Origin: Vicugna vicugna
Lineage: Eukaryota
Direction of reading: 5' to 3'
Assembly (NCBI GenBank): GCA_013265495.1
Contig: MU058198.1
Coordinates: 2,058,419-2,122,418 of the forward strand
Length of the DNA stretch: 64,000 nt
Part shown: positions 25,401 to 37,400 of the stretch, in pieces
Layout: each line of letters opens with the position of its first letter
Numbering within the stretch: position 1 is the first letter of the stretch
Position numbers and translations under genes: made by a program
Notes under the pieces: generated by a model
What the model saw: the letters and a program-made list of their open reading frames with translations, nothing else
What the model was told of the DNA's origin: nothing
Databases searched by the model: none

Positions 25401-28400
25401 AAGTAGTGTCATTCCTCTCTGGCTCCTTTCAAGATTTTTTTTTTGACTTTATTTATCAAAAGTTTGATTATGATGTGTCTGTAGATTTCTTTTGGCTTAT
25501 TCTGTTTGTGGTTCACATTCTGTTTTGGTTTCACTGAGCCTTTTGAATCTGTAATTTTAATGAAATTTGGGGACTATTCAGTAATTATTTCTTAAAATTG
25601 TTTTTCAACACAGCCTTCTTTCTCCTTTCCAGGACTAAGATGAGAAGAATGCTCAACATTTTGTATTGTCACACAGGTGGTTGATGTTCTCTTCAGCTTT
25701 TTTCCAACCTTTTTTTTTCCTCTATTGTTCAGATTAGGCAGTTTCTACTGATCAATCTTGAACTACTCTTTCCTCTGTTTCATTTACATGTGTATATACA
25801 CACACATACATACGTACATACATACATACACACATACACACACATATACATACATATATATATATGTACAACTATTGAATCAACAAATTAGGTTTGTTTT
25901 CCTTTAAAGCACAGTTTAAAATGATCACCTCCTGATTTATCTTAATTTCTTTAAAACAACTTTTTTGAGATATATGCACATCCCATACATTCACCCATTT
26001 AAAGTGTACAATTCAGTGGCTTTCAGTATATTCACAGAGTTGTGGTAACATTAGCACAATCAATGTTAATTTAAGTATAGTCAATTTACAATATTAGTTT
26101 CTGGTGTACAGCATAGCAATGCAGATATTTACATATAAATATATATTTATTCCTTTCACATTCTTTTTCATTATAGGCTATTATAAGATTTGGAATATAA
26201 TTCCTTGTGCTATACAGTAGGACCTTGCTGTTTATCTATTTTATGTAGAGTAGTTAGTATCTGCACATTTTGAACTCACAATTGATCCCTCCCCTACTCC
26301 TTTCCCCCATAGGAACCGTAAGTTTGTTTTCTGTCCCTTATTTGTGTCATTTTTTTTAGATTCCACATATAATGGATATCATATGGTATTCTTTCTCTCT
26401 CTGGCTTCCTTCACTTAGTATGATGATCTCCAGGTCCATCCGTTTTGCTGCAGGTGGCACTAATTCATTATTTTTATGGCTGAGTAGTATTCCATTGCAT
26501 GGGTGGGGTGGTATATGTGTTATATATATATAACAATTGCTCATTGCCAAAAAGTATCCCATTGTATGTATGGATACATTACATTTAGTTGGTATATCCT
26601 TCATCAGATGATGGACATTTAGGTTGTTTCCACCTTTTGGCTATTATAAATAATACTGCTGTGAACATTAATCTATAGGTTTTATATAGACATATGTTTT
26701 CATTTCTCTTAGGTATATACCTAAGAGTGGATTGAATAGGTCATGTGTTAACTCTAGTTTTTAACTTTTTCTGGGACTGCCACACTGTTATCTAAAGTTG
26801 TTATACCATTTTACATTCTGGTCAGCAGTGTATGAGGGTTCCAACTTTCCTGCATCTTCACCAGCACTTCTTCTTGTCTGTCTTTTTGATTATAGTCATC
26901 TCAGTGGATGTGAAATGGTGTCTCATTGTGATTTCAATTTGCATTTCCCTGATCACTAGTGATTTATCTTTATATGTGTTTTATAATGATTACTATTTAA
27001 AATTGTAGTAAAATTTTATAAAACACCTAAAATTGTTTTATTGATTTATAATCATTTTACAATGTTGTGTCAAATTCCAGTGTAGAGCATAATTTTTCAG
27101 TTATACATGAACATATATGTATTCATTGTCACATTTTTTTCTCTGTGAGCTACCATAAGATCTTGTATATATTTCCCTGTGCTGTACAGTATAATCTTGT
27201 TTATCTATTCTACATTTTGAAATCCCAGTCTATCCCTTCCAACCCCCACCCCCTTGGCAACCACAAGTTTGTATTCTATGTCTATGAGTCTGTTTCTGTT
27301 TTGTATTTATGTTTTTAGATTCCACATATGAGTGATCTCATATGGTATTTTTCTTTCTCTTTCTGGCTTACTTCACATAGAATGACATTCTCCAGGAACA
27401 TCCATGTTGCTGCAAATGGCGTCATGTTGTCAGTTTTTATGGCTGAATAGTATTCCACTGTATAAATATACCACCTCTTCTTTATCGAGTCATCTGTTGA
27501 TGGACATTCAGGCTATTTCCATGTCTTGGCTATTGTAAATAGTGCTGCTATGAACATTGGGGTGCAGGTGTCATTTTGAAATAGGGTTCCTTCTGGATAT
27601 ATGCCCAGGAGCGGGATTCCTGGGTCATATGGTAAGTCTATTCCTAGTCTTTTGAGGAATCTCCATACTGTTTCCCACAGTGGCTAATACCTAAAATTGT
27701 TTTGAACCCCAAATATCCATTAAGTAATTGTGATACCAATATTTGAGAAACCGTGGCCTTAAGTTTACACTATTTGGATAGCCTTTTGTCCATATAAAGT
27801 AGTATCTCCTCTCTCAGAAGGGTAATCTGATGTTTTACTTAAGTGAACAATTTTATCTCTCTACAGTTCAAGGCTTTTCTTCGGAATCTGAGTTTGAGGA
27901 GTATGTTAAGTATGACTATGGATCTTACAAAATACCTAAAATTGTTTTGAACCCCAAATATCCATTAAGTAATTGTGATACCAATATTTGAGAAACTGCG
28001 GCCTTAAGTTCACACTATTTGGATAGGCTTTTGTCCATATAAAGTAGTATCTCCTCTCTCAGAAGGGTAATCTGATGTTTTACTTAAGTGAACAATTTTA
28101 TCTCTCTACAGTTCAAGGCTTTTCTTCGGAATCTGAGTTTGAGGAGTATGTTAAGTATGACTATGGATCTTACAAAGTGCTGGCTGCCATTGTTTTTGAC
28201 TGTGACTTCAAAAACAGTGGTGATCCTCTGCCGCTTCAGGTGAGAAAGTTGTATTCCAAGATTTCTACATAAATAGCTTTCTAGTAATTGCACTTCCAGT
28301 TTCCAGGGTTTTAATGAATTTCATATTAACCCTCTTTTATAAGTGAAGAAACTAATTTTCCCAAGATCAAACTACTAGTATACAATAGGACAAGAATATA

Positions 28401-31400
28401 AGTCCAGATCTGAGTAACTTTAATTTCTGTGTTCTTACCTACTGCATCATGCTGATAAGGGCAGAACTGCATCTTCCACTCACAAGACCTTAGATTAATG
28501 GCACACTCTAACTACTTGTGCAGTGCTTCTGAGTTGTACAAGGGGTAGTAAAACAGGTAAGCCTCAAAGCAGATGCATCTTCACTAACAGACAAGCAAGC
28601 ATGGAAAGATGTTTTATCTTTGAATGAAACACAGAATTTAAGTCATTTCATAAATCTCTAGAGAAAACTGTTAAGGTTCAGCCACGTTGATTCAGATTAG
28701 GACATTTATAGGCACTGAGAAAGAATCTGATAACTGCATAGCCCATGAGGAGAGAAAGAGACAATGCTTTGACCTTGGTGTCTCCTTAGTCGATCTTATA
28801 GATGTTCCATCCTGGTGGTGATGAAAATAAAAGGGCAGTCTGCAACAGCTAGACCTGGAGCCAAATTCTTTAGATCACAGATGCTCGTCAGTAGAAGGCA
28901 AAATTAATAAAACCACTAGTAGGTTAGTACATATTTTTTCTGTGAGCCCCATCCTTCCATGACTCTATTCATCTGTGCCAGCTTCCATTTACTAAGTCAG
29001 AATTATCCATATGCTGATATGGATTTAGGTTCAACATTTTACATTGGCTCAAAGTGTCTTCAGTGACGTTTCAAGTTTCATTCTCATTGCTGATTGTGTT
29101 TGTGTCCCCAGATATTTGAACTAGAATTCTGACATCAGAAATTCCCCAAATTTTGTGTCCAGGTGCTTGTTCTGTTTTTGCCCAGCTTTGTTGAGATATA
29201 ATTGACATATAATACTGTGTAAGTTTACTATGTACAATATGATGATTTGAAACATGTATATATGTTGAAATGATTGCCCTAATAAGGTTAGTTGACATTA
29301 TTCTTCACCTCACAGAATTACCATTTTGTGTGTGTGGTGAGAATATTTAAGATGAGTAAGTCCTGGGGATCTAATGTACAGCATGCTGTTTGGTCTACTT
29401 TGATGAATTTTTAAACAAACCTTTTGATCTCTGTTGATGACTCGATGTAAAGCATAGAGCTTCTAATATCTACCAGCTTTCCCACATCTTAGATGACTTT
29501 CTTTACAGGCTCTTTTGTCCACCTACAAGTGCCACAAGGATCTACGTAAACCTCACATATGATCACTGTCCTGATAAAAAGACCTTAGTGATGGTCATTA
29601 CCAAGGCTTTTAGAATGCAGTTTCTTATTTGCTGTGGACATGACCATAAAAAAAATTTCCCACTAGGTTTTCTTTCTGCTACTTTGTTAGCGTTCAGCCT
29701 ACTGGGAACATTTAAAAAAAAAAAAAAACCTTAGTGACTTCCCATTGCTCCAGGCTCATGTCCAGAGTGCTTTGCACAAGGCACATGGCTATCAGTATCC
29801 TAGTGCTTGGATATCTCTGCCACTCCTTAACCATTCTTAGTGCTGCAGCTTAACTGCCAGATGCACCATATTATTTTTTGCTTCTAGGCCTTTGGTCACT
29901 TTTTCTCTACTGTAGGAATGCTGCTATGAACTCCCATTCAACTTCCACACCCATTCCTTTTCTGTCTTTTCATCATAACCTGTCTTCATCATAACTTGTC
30001 CGTATTTCTATTAGTCAAAATTCATATGGGAGCACAGACACTACTGTAGGTATTTCAACAAAAGGGTTTTAATAGAAGGAAATATTTACACATTCACATT
30101 CTAGATTTTAGTCACTCTTGACCATCACATTAGAGGGTCTAGTTTGCTCACCTGTTTAGGTGAACCATAACCTTCTTGATTAGTAGAGTGTTATCCTTAG
30201 GTGAAATTTAATAGGCATTTTCAGTTTCTTCTCTCAGGCCTCCTGCTTCTCTCAGCCTCTGGTAAGCAGATGTCTTACTAGGGCATTTACAGTAGTTGTC
30301 ACTTCCTGTTTATCAGGTCTAAATGTAAGTGCACATGCAAAGGACTTAAAATATTTGAAACAATTCTGTAAAAGAATAACAAAGTTGGAAGACATACAGA
30401 ACTTATTATAAGACTAAAATAATCATTACAGTGTGTTACTGGCATATGATCAACAAGTATATCTATGAAACAGAACTGAAATCCCAGAAGTAAATGCTCT
30501 CTAATACAGTCATTTGACTTTTGACAAATGCACCAAAGAAATCTGATGAGGAAAGGAAGATGTTTTCAATAAACAACGTTACAATAATTTGATATATGTG
30601 GAAAACAGGAATCTTGAGCTCACTCACACTATGTGCAAAAAATTCATGATGGATTATAGATTTAAATGTCAAAGCTAAAACTAATGCATTTATAGTAAAA
30701 CATAGACAAATATCACCTTTACTTGGGGGTAACAAAAGTTTTTCAGGTCACACAAAGCAATAACCATAGAAGAAAAAATTAATGGATTGGCTTTTATTGA
30801 ACTTTAGAAACTTTTTATCATCAAAAGACACTGTTGACTTCTGGTCTGGGCAAGATGGTGTGGACTCATTTCTCCCTGTCCTTCCTCACTAAGCACAGCT
30901 ATAAACTCTGGACATAATGCAGAGGCAAAGAAAAACTCTGAAAGGTGACAGGAAATGTGCAAATCGGTTAAGGTCCCAGGCCTGGAGGAGCAACATAGGG
31001 GCACATACCTTACTGTTCCACACCCAACAGAGGGCAACCAAGACCCAGCATTGTCTGTCTTCCAGCCTGGCAATAGAACACAGCCCAGTTAGGTTCATTT
31101 CACTCCACGGTCAGATGGAAGCATTTCTGACATTTGGTGACTCCAGTACCCCCCGCATGAGGATTGCTAACAATTAGTGGCCAGGAAAATACTTTCCTTC
31201 CCCACCAGGCCTGAGATGCCTTCCCCTGCCATTGTATACTGAGGCATAAGAGTAGGAGTAAGAGGGATTCATACATTAGTAGCCCAGTCTAGCAAGCCTC
31301 TTCATCTCCACAGGCCTAAGACACCCCTCATGGCAAAACACTGGAGTCGGTGGGCCACTAGGACCATCAGTAGGGACACCACACATCTCTCACTTTAAAT

Positions 31401-34400
31401 CAAAAGCTAGAAATTATTAGGCTTAGTGAGGAAGACATGTCAAAAGCTGAGATAGGCTGAAAACTAGGCCTCTTGCACCAAGCAGTTAACCAAGATGTGA
31501 ATGCAGAGGAAAAGCTTTTGAGGGAAATTAGACTCCAGTGCTACTCCAGTGAACACTCTAATGATAAGAAAGTGAAACTGCCTTGTTGATAGGGAGAAAG
31601 TTTTAGCAGTCTGCACAGAATAACAGACCAGCTACTACATTCCCTTAAGCCAAAGCCTAATCCAGACCAAGGCCCTAACTCTCTTCAACTCTGTGAAGGC
31701 TGAGAGAGATGAGGAAGCTGCAGAAGTAAAGGTTGAGGCTAGCAGAGGTCAGTTCATGAGGTTTAAGGAAAGAAGTCATCTCCACATCGTGAAAGTACCA
31801 GGGGGAGCAGCAAGTCCTGATGTAGAAGCCGCAGCAAGTTATCCAGAAGATCCGGCTAAGATAATTAACGAAGGTAAGCTACATTCAAAAGCAGATTTTT
31901 GATCTGGGTGAAAAGCCTTATATTAGAAGAAGATGCCATCTAGGACTTCTGTAGCTGGAGAGAAGTCAACGCCTGGCTTCAAAGCTTCAACGGACAGGCT
32001 GACTCTGCTGTTAGGGGCTAATGCAGCTGATGACGTTAAGTTGAAGTCAAAGCTCACATACTATTCCAAAAATCCTAGAGCCTTGAAGAACATTTTTTGG
32101 CGGGGAGAGCCTTTAAGAATTATGCTAAATCTACTGATCTTGTTTTCCATAAGTGGAACAACAAAACCTGCATGACAGCACACCTATTTACAACATGGTT
32201 TACTGAATATTTTGAGCCCACTGTTCAGACCTAGTGCTCAGAAAAAAAATGTTTTCAAAGTATTACTGCTCATTGACAAAGCACTTGGTCACTGGTGAGC
32301 GCTGATGGAGATGTAGAGTAAGATTAATGTTGCTTTCATGTCTGCTAACACAACATCCATTCTCCAGCCTGTGGATCAAGGAGTAATTTTGACTTTCAAG
32401 TTTTATTATTTAAGCAATACATTTCTTAAGACTGTAGCTACCATAGGTGGTGATTCCTCTGATGGATCTGGGAAAAGTAAATTGAAAACCCGGAAAGGAT
32501 TCAGCAATCTAGGTGCCACTAAGAATATGCATGATTCATGGGAAGAGGCTGAAATATCAGCATTAACAGGACTTTGGAAGAAGTTGATTCCAACCCTCAT
32601 GGATGACTTTGAGGGACTCAAGACTTCAGTGGAGGAGTTCACTGTAGATATGGTAGACATAGCAGGAGAACTAGAAGTAGAAGTAGAACTTGAAGATGTG
32701 ACTTAGTTACTGCATCTCATGATAAAACTTTCATGGATAAAGAGTTGCTTCATACAGATGAGCAAAAGAAAGGAGTTTTTTGAGATTGAATCTGTTCCTG
32801 GTGAAGATGCTGTAAAGATTGTTGAAATGACAACAAAGGATTTAGGATGACATAAACTTAGGTGTTAAATGGTGGCAGGTTTGTGAGGATTGAGTCCAAT
32901 TTTGAAAGAAGTTCTCTGGGTAAAACACTATCAAACAGCAATGCATGCTGCAGAGAAATTGCTTATGAAAGGAACGGTCAAATCAGTGTGACAGACTTGC
33001 TGTCTTATTTTAAGAAATTGTGCCACAGCCACCCCAACCTTCAGTAACCACCACCCTGATCAGTCAGCAGCCATCAGCAAGGAGGCAAGTCCCTCCACTG
33101 GCAAAAGATTACAGCTCAGCGAAGGCTCAGATGGTGGTCGCCGAAGGCTCAGATGGTGGTTAACATTTTTTAGCAATAAAGTATCTTTTTAAATTAATGT
33201 ATGTACATTTTTTGACATAATACTATTACACACTTAATAGATTACAATATATTGTAAACATAACTATCATGTGTACTGGGAAACCAAAAAAATTCACGTG
33301 ACTTGCTTTATTGCAGTACTCACTTTATTGTGGTGGTCTGGAACCAAACCCACAATATCTCTAGGTCTGCCTATATCTGACAATATGCTAGTATCTCAGA
33401 TATTTTTAAAAGTCCTACAGCTCAATAGTAAAAAGACAAGTAGCTCAATTTCAAAGATATAAATAGGCAGTCCTCCAAAGGAGGCACACAAGTGGCCAGT
33501 AAAGATGTAAAAAAGTGTGCAAGTCAGTAGACATCAGGAAAATACAAATGTAAACCACAGTGAGACACTGCTTCCTGCTTATCTAGAAAGGCTAAAATTA
33601 TAGTCAGACAGTATCACGTGCTGGTAATCATGGGAAGCTACGGTTGGTGGGGCTATAAAATAGTATGGTCAGGTTAGAGAAAGATCTGCCATTTGTTCAG
33701 ATAAAACTAAACATACACCTACCCTATGATCCATCAGTTGCACTTTAATGAATTTACCCTAAAGAAAAAATAAACGATGTTTTTATACACACACACAAGA
33801 GTTTTACAGGAATGTTCTTAGCAGCTTTATTCATAATATCCAGAATTAGCAGCAGCCAGGTATCCATCAACCAGAGAATTAATGAGCTCTGTTATAGTCG
33901 TACTGTGGAATACTTCTCAGTGACAAAAAGGAATTAACTACTGAAAAAAGAAACTACGTTAATGAATTTCAAAAACATCATGCTAAGTAAAAGAAGCCTT
34001 ATATGAAAGAGTACAATACTGTTTGATTTCATTTATATGATATTTTACAACAGGCAAAATTAATCTGTGGTATCAGAAAAATTATATATATGAGTGTGGT
34101 CAGGATCAGCTGGGAAAGGACATGAGAGAACTTTCTGGGTTGATGTTTAATTTTGATAGTAGTTTGGGTTACAACAACTACAGACTTGTTAAAACTCATG
34201 TACAGTTAAGATTTGTACATTTTACTGTATGTAAATTTTACCTCAAATAAGAAATGAAAAGAAATATTGAATTCTACTAGATGCTGAACTGTTCATTTGG
34301 TGGACATGTACTGAAGTTGAAGTCTCTTTCTTTGCAGTGCATCCAAAAATTAAATATTTTGATCGATAAGCATAAAGTATATAGATGTTATATATACAGG

Positions 34401-37400
34401 TTTATATAGATACATACATTTAAATTTATGTGTCTGTATAGTATAAATTACATACACATACCTCATTTTGCCTTTTTTATGCAAACGATAGCATTCTTTT
34501 CAGTCACTAAATTTGTTTCTTTTTGAACCGTAAATCCATTCTTCTATACTTTGCTCTTTGATGCTGTAGCTACATTTCTGCTCTTTCCGTCAACTATATG
34601 TGAGACTCTGCTGATAAAGGCAGACAGGGGCAAGCCTGTGGGAAGAAGGAACTTGAGCTTTCCTATTGGCTTTCTGTCTGCTTGTAGTTGCTTTGAATGA
34701 CATCCCAGCAATCTCTCTCTTTTTTTTTTTTTGACAGTAGCATGTTCTCCCTATAGCAGCAGCCAAATATATTTTGCAGATTGCCCAATACTTTTAAAAA
34801 TCAGGCTAACACACCCTCACAAAGATAAGCAGCACTAGGCAACTGGAACTTTATCTCAGATGTCCAGGTTCTGATCCAAAAGCCCCTTCTTTCTAACTGT
34901 GAGACAGAGTACTAGCTGACTTGTGCCCTGTCCTCAAAGGTTTGATTTTTTTCAGCTGCACAGATGTCTCATTTACGTTTATAACTGTTAATAATTCCAA
35001 ACTCTTGCTTTTGTTCCCTTAGTCCTAAGGCCAGTGGCTGCTTCCTGCTGTCACTATCTGATACCGTAGAGTTCTCTTATCTCTAAGTTATCTAGCAGGA
35101 TGTCTGTTTTCTGACTGTACCTTGAACCAGATACAAAACTGTGTATTGTGTATAGATATAATAGTTTTGCAGTCTCCTATATATGAGCAATTAGGTTAAT
35201 TCCAATTTACTGTATTACCACCACAAATAATGTTTCAACAAACTTGTGCATATGTGTTTTTTTCATACTATTTGAAGTATATATTCCAAATCTGCTCCTG
35301 AAAGTAGGATTGCTGAATCAAACAATAAATGCATATGTAGTGTAACATTGCCAGATCTACATTATAGTTGTTCCATTTTGCATCCAGAAAGCAATGTTTT
35401 AAGTGCTGTTTATCTACTGCCTTGCCAACAGAGTGTGTTGTTATATTTTTGATTTTTCCAGTGTGATAGGTAAGAAAGATATCTCTGTAGTCTCAATTTG
35501 CATTTATTTCAGTGTGTGACATTGAGAAGACTTTGATATATTTATGGGCCATATTTATATCTTGCTTTTGTGAACTGTCTGCATTTTGAGAGAACTTCAA
35601 ATGTAGATAAGATTGGAATGTATTTGTTTTGCTTAGTTACAGTCATTTTCAGGCACTCAGAATCACTTTGACACCAGATGGATCCCATCTTTCAGATCAT
35701 ATGGTTTCCCAACTGGATTTAACTTTCCTTTATTTCTAATATTTGCTTTTCAGGGGTTTTTTTGGTATTATAGTTTATTTCCTATTGCTACTTCTAGGTA
35801 AAATATCATCTGCGTTTTGTTAGGATACAGAGGACTATCTTGTGGCCAGACAGGATAGGTTGGAAAACATCGTTCCTTTTTCCTAATTACCCCTCTCCAG
35901 GACCCAGGAACCCAGATCATAATGATGGAGGAAGTCCTGGTGAGCAGATCCTTAAGTATACTCATTTTGTTATCACAGTTGCATATATGTATACACACAC
36001 ATGCTTATACATGTATATATATGTACATGAATATATATATTAAATCAGATTATTCTTAACTTGTAGTAATTTTTAAGTTAATTATATTATAGTAAAACTA
36101 CTTCTCAATATTATACACTTGGTAAATCTAACATACATGTATAGAATATATATACACATTCATATATGTATTATGCTTTATCCTCTTTCAATTATTATAC
36201 CAATATATTTGCCTTTATGTAGTTGTGATTTTGTGTAGCAAATTTTCAGTAGAAGAAAAAAGCTGTGCACATTATAGCATTAACAACAAAAATTGGACAC
36301 AGTATATCCAGTAAGAGAATAGATGAATCTATTAGACAATCATTGAAAATAATCTTTATGAAGTCTGTTGAGAAATAATTTAAACAGAATCTACAAGTGC
36401 CTATATCAATTAGCTAGATAGAGATGGGTGAGAATTATTCCACACAGCGGGACTATGATCATTAACACATGTATAACAGGATGCCACATTCAGGGAACTA
36501 CATGGTCTTTTGTTTGTTTCCTTTTTGTAGCTAGAATAGAGGGCTATGTGGGAGGTTATTAGAGATGAGACTAAGAGACAAACAGGTCATAAAGACCTAA
36601 TGTGTAAAGTGAAGGAGTATGAAATTTCTCCTGGGAGTTATGAGAGACAGAGGCATAGCAATATTTAACATGAATAGGAGAACTGATATAAAAGTGAATA
36701 CATCTCTCCAACTGATGACACTCATAGATGTCTTTGGTATTTGTTTATATCTGAACACAGAATTTTTGTTTTGTGCTATTGCTGAACAGAGAAGACTGTG
36801 ACTTATATTTCACAATTTTTATAATTGATCAAGATATTTCAGAGAATGGCTTTTTTGCCTCAGATGTCTGGATTTTATTTTATCTTTTCACTTCTGGACT
36901 TCGGGTGGAATATTACTTGAGAACAGGCAGTTTACCCTTATGTTTCCTTAATACCATACTATTTGTGGGGAAACATTATAAAGAGAAGGGAGGATAAGGA
37001 CTACTTGCTTGGTAACATTCATATTAAGGAGGAGTAAATGAAAGGAGACAAGAGTATGAAGACTAAGAAAGATTGACAAGGAAGTAAGTAGAAAATTAAG
37101 ATATCTATTACATTAATCAAAGGAGGAATGGGAAACTATGCTTGATATTTCAGTTTTATCACCACAAAAGAACTTTTTTGATATTTTAAAACTTAAACAC
37201 AACAATCCCTCCACAGAAAAAAAAGTTTCCATAAAAACTGTGAAGCATAGATAAAGGAGGTTAAAGATGATACAAAGAAAAAGAAAGATGTCCAATGCTC
37301 TTAGATCAGAAGAATTTATATTTTTAAGAGGCAATACTACCCAAGCAGAATCTACAGTTTTAATACAATTTCTGTCAAAATACATGACATTTTTCACAGA

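Noticed and set aside
27867..27930. Separate additional coding exon
   Set aside because: It is a partial copy of exon 3 with no donor at its end, and the frame reaches TGA at 27989
31693..32706. Domesticated TIGD/CENP-B-like gene
   Set aside because: Multiple stops and frameshifts; an ordinary Tigger1 fossil
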